This document shows positions 40,860-41,610 of a DNA stretch of 41,610 bases, one piece after another. Position 1 is the stretch's first letter. Every line of letters starts with the position of its first letter. A program made the translations under genes and the position numbers. Source of the DNA: a virus (lineage: Duplodnaviria; Heunggongvirae; Uroviricota; Caudoviricetes); the IMG/VR virus record IMGVR_UViG_2537561977_000020; one strand, given 5' to 3'. Below the pieces are notes generated by a model. It searched no databases. It saw nothing but the letters and a program-made list of their open reading frames with translations, and was not told where the DNA came from.

Positions 40860-41465
40860 GTGCAGAATGTGGCTGCCACTGTGCTTGCGCAGTATGCTGC
40901 CAGCCCCCGACTCAATGCCCTCATTAACAGCTTTAACGCAGCGCTTTCCCCCGACAGTTTTATCAGTGATTTTTATGGTCTTATCTGGAACATCGATACC
41001 GCAGAAAAGTATGGTCTTGATGTCTGGGGAAAGATTGTGGGTGTCAGTCGCCGGCTGACGGTAAAGGACGATTTTAATTACCTGGGCTTCAGCGAGTCCA
41101 GGATGGACACCCCGGTAATGGATGATCCCTGTCCGTTTAATCAGGCACCGTTTTACAACGGAAAATCGGATACCCGGACTGTTGACCTGTCTGATGCTGT
41201 ATACCGGCGGCTGATACTGATGAAAGCCATGTCGAACATTACTGACTGTTCCGTTCCGGATATTAACCGGATGCTGAGATTTATGTTCGGAAAAAAACGC
41301 CGGGCTTATGTTCTGAATAATGGTGGATTGAGGATGAGTTACATCTTTGAGTCCGCGCTCTCGTTGGCAGAACTGGCGATTATCCAGTCGTCGGGTGCAC
41401 TGCCATCCCCGCCGGGTGTTTATGTTTCAGTAGTTTTAAAGGAGTCCCGTAATGAAGGCCAGTGA
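40860..41465 (+). CDS. tail protein (Mu gp48 / DUF2313-like)
   Basis: 201 aa after J-like gene and before tail fibre start. Confidence 0.4.
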   Translation: MQNVAATVLAQYAASPRLNALINSFNAALSPDSFISDFYGLIWNIDTAEKYGLDVWGKIVGVSRRLTVKDDFNYLGFSESRMDTPVMDDPCPFNQAPFYNGKSDTRTVDLSDAVYRRLILMKAMSNITDCSVPDINRMLRFMFGKKRRAYVLNNGGLRMSYIFESALSLAELAIIQSSGALPSPPGVYVSVVLKESRNEGQ

Positions 41466-41610
41466 TAAACCCCGCCAGCTGGCGGTCCCCTTTGCGAGTA
41501 CCGGAGATAAAAACCGTATCCCGGACAAGGCGACACAGCAGACCAGAGAGAGCGGTAATGCTGCGTATGATTCAGGTTTTCCTCCGGTGACCATGACAGC
41601 GGTCTCAGCG
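41453..41610 (+). CDS. tail fibre protein, N-terminal fragment (runs off window)
   Basis: ATG 41453 overlapping previous stop; [24 protein letters not shown]...GFPP resembles side-tail-fibre N-termini. Confidence 0.35.

Overview
Almost the whole window is one integrated temperate phage: host ferredoxin gene yfhL (1..261), then a prophage running from a tyrosine integrase (476..1873) to past the right edge. Layout: int/xis; a leftward early operon (SNF2 helicase, Rha, Arc/Mnt-like immI-type switch, VRR-NUC, DUF4406, two antirepressor cassettes, family-A DNA polymerase with an intein, DUF2815 SSB, DUF2800 nuclease, three HNH endonucleases); a lambdoid cI/cro immunity region with a PL-like promoter and rrn-type boxA; prim-pol primase; an iteron array; Q-like antiterminator; lambda-like lysis cassette (holin, R, Rz/Rz1); then a Mu-like head and contractile-tail module (TerS/TerL, portal, F-like, protease/scaffold, capsid, sheath, tube, G/GT chaperone, tape measure with SLT domain, baseplate V/W/J, start of tail fibre). 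Protein calls are from motif recognition and recalled family sequences only; no searches were run. The most interesting items are an intein in the polymerase whose HNH endonuclease sits in a different frame from the Hint blocks, two paralogous antirepressor cassettes with covarying structured leaders, and an unclassified zinc-ribbon gene placed antisense between PL/boxA and the first early-left gene. At least twelve genes are broken by single-base frame changes at A/T homopolymers, which looks like consensus error and limits confidence in exact gene boundaries.
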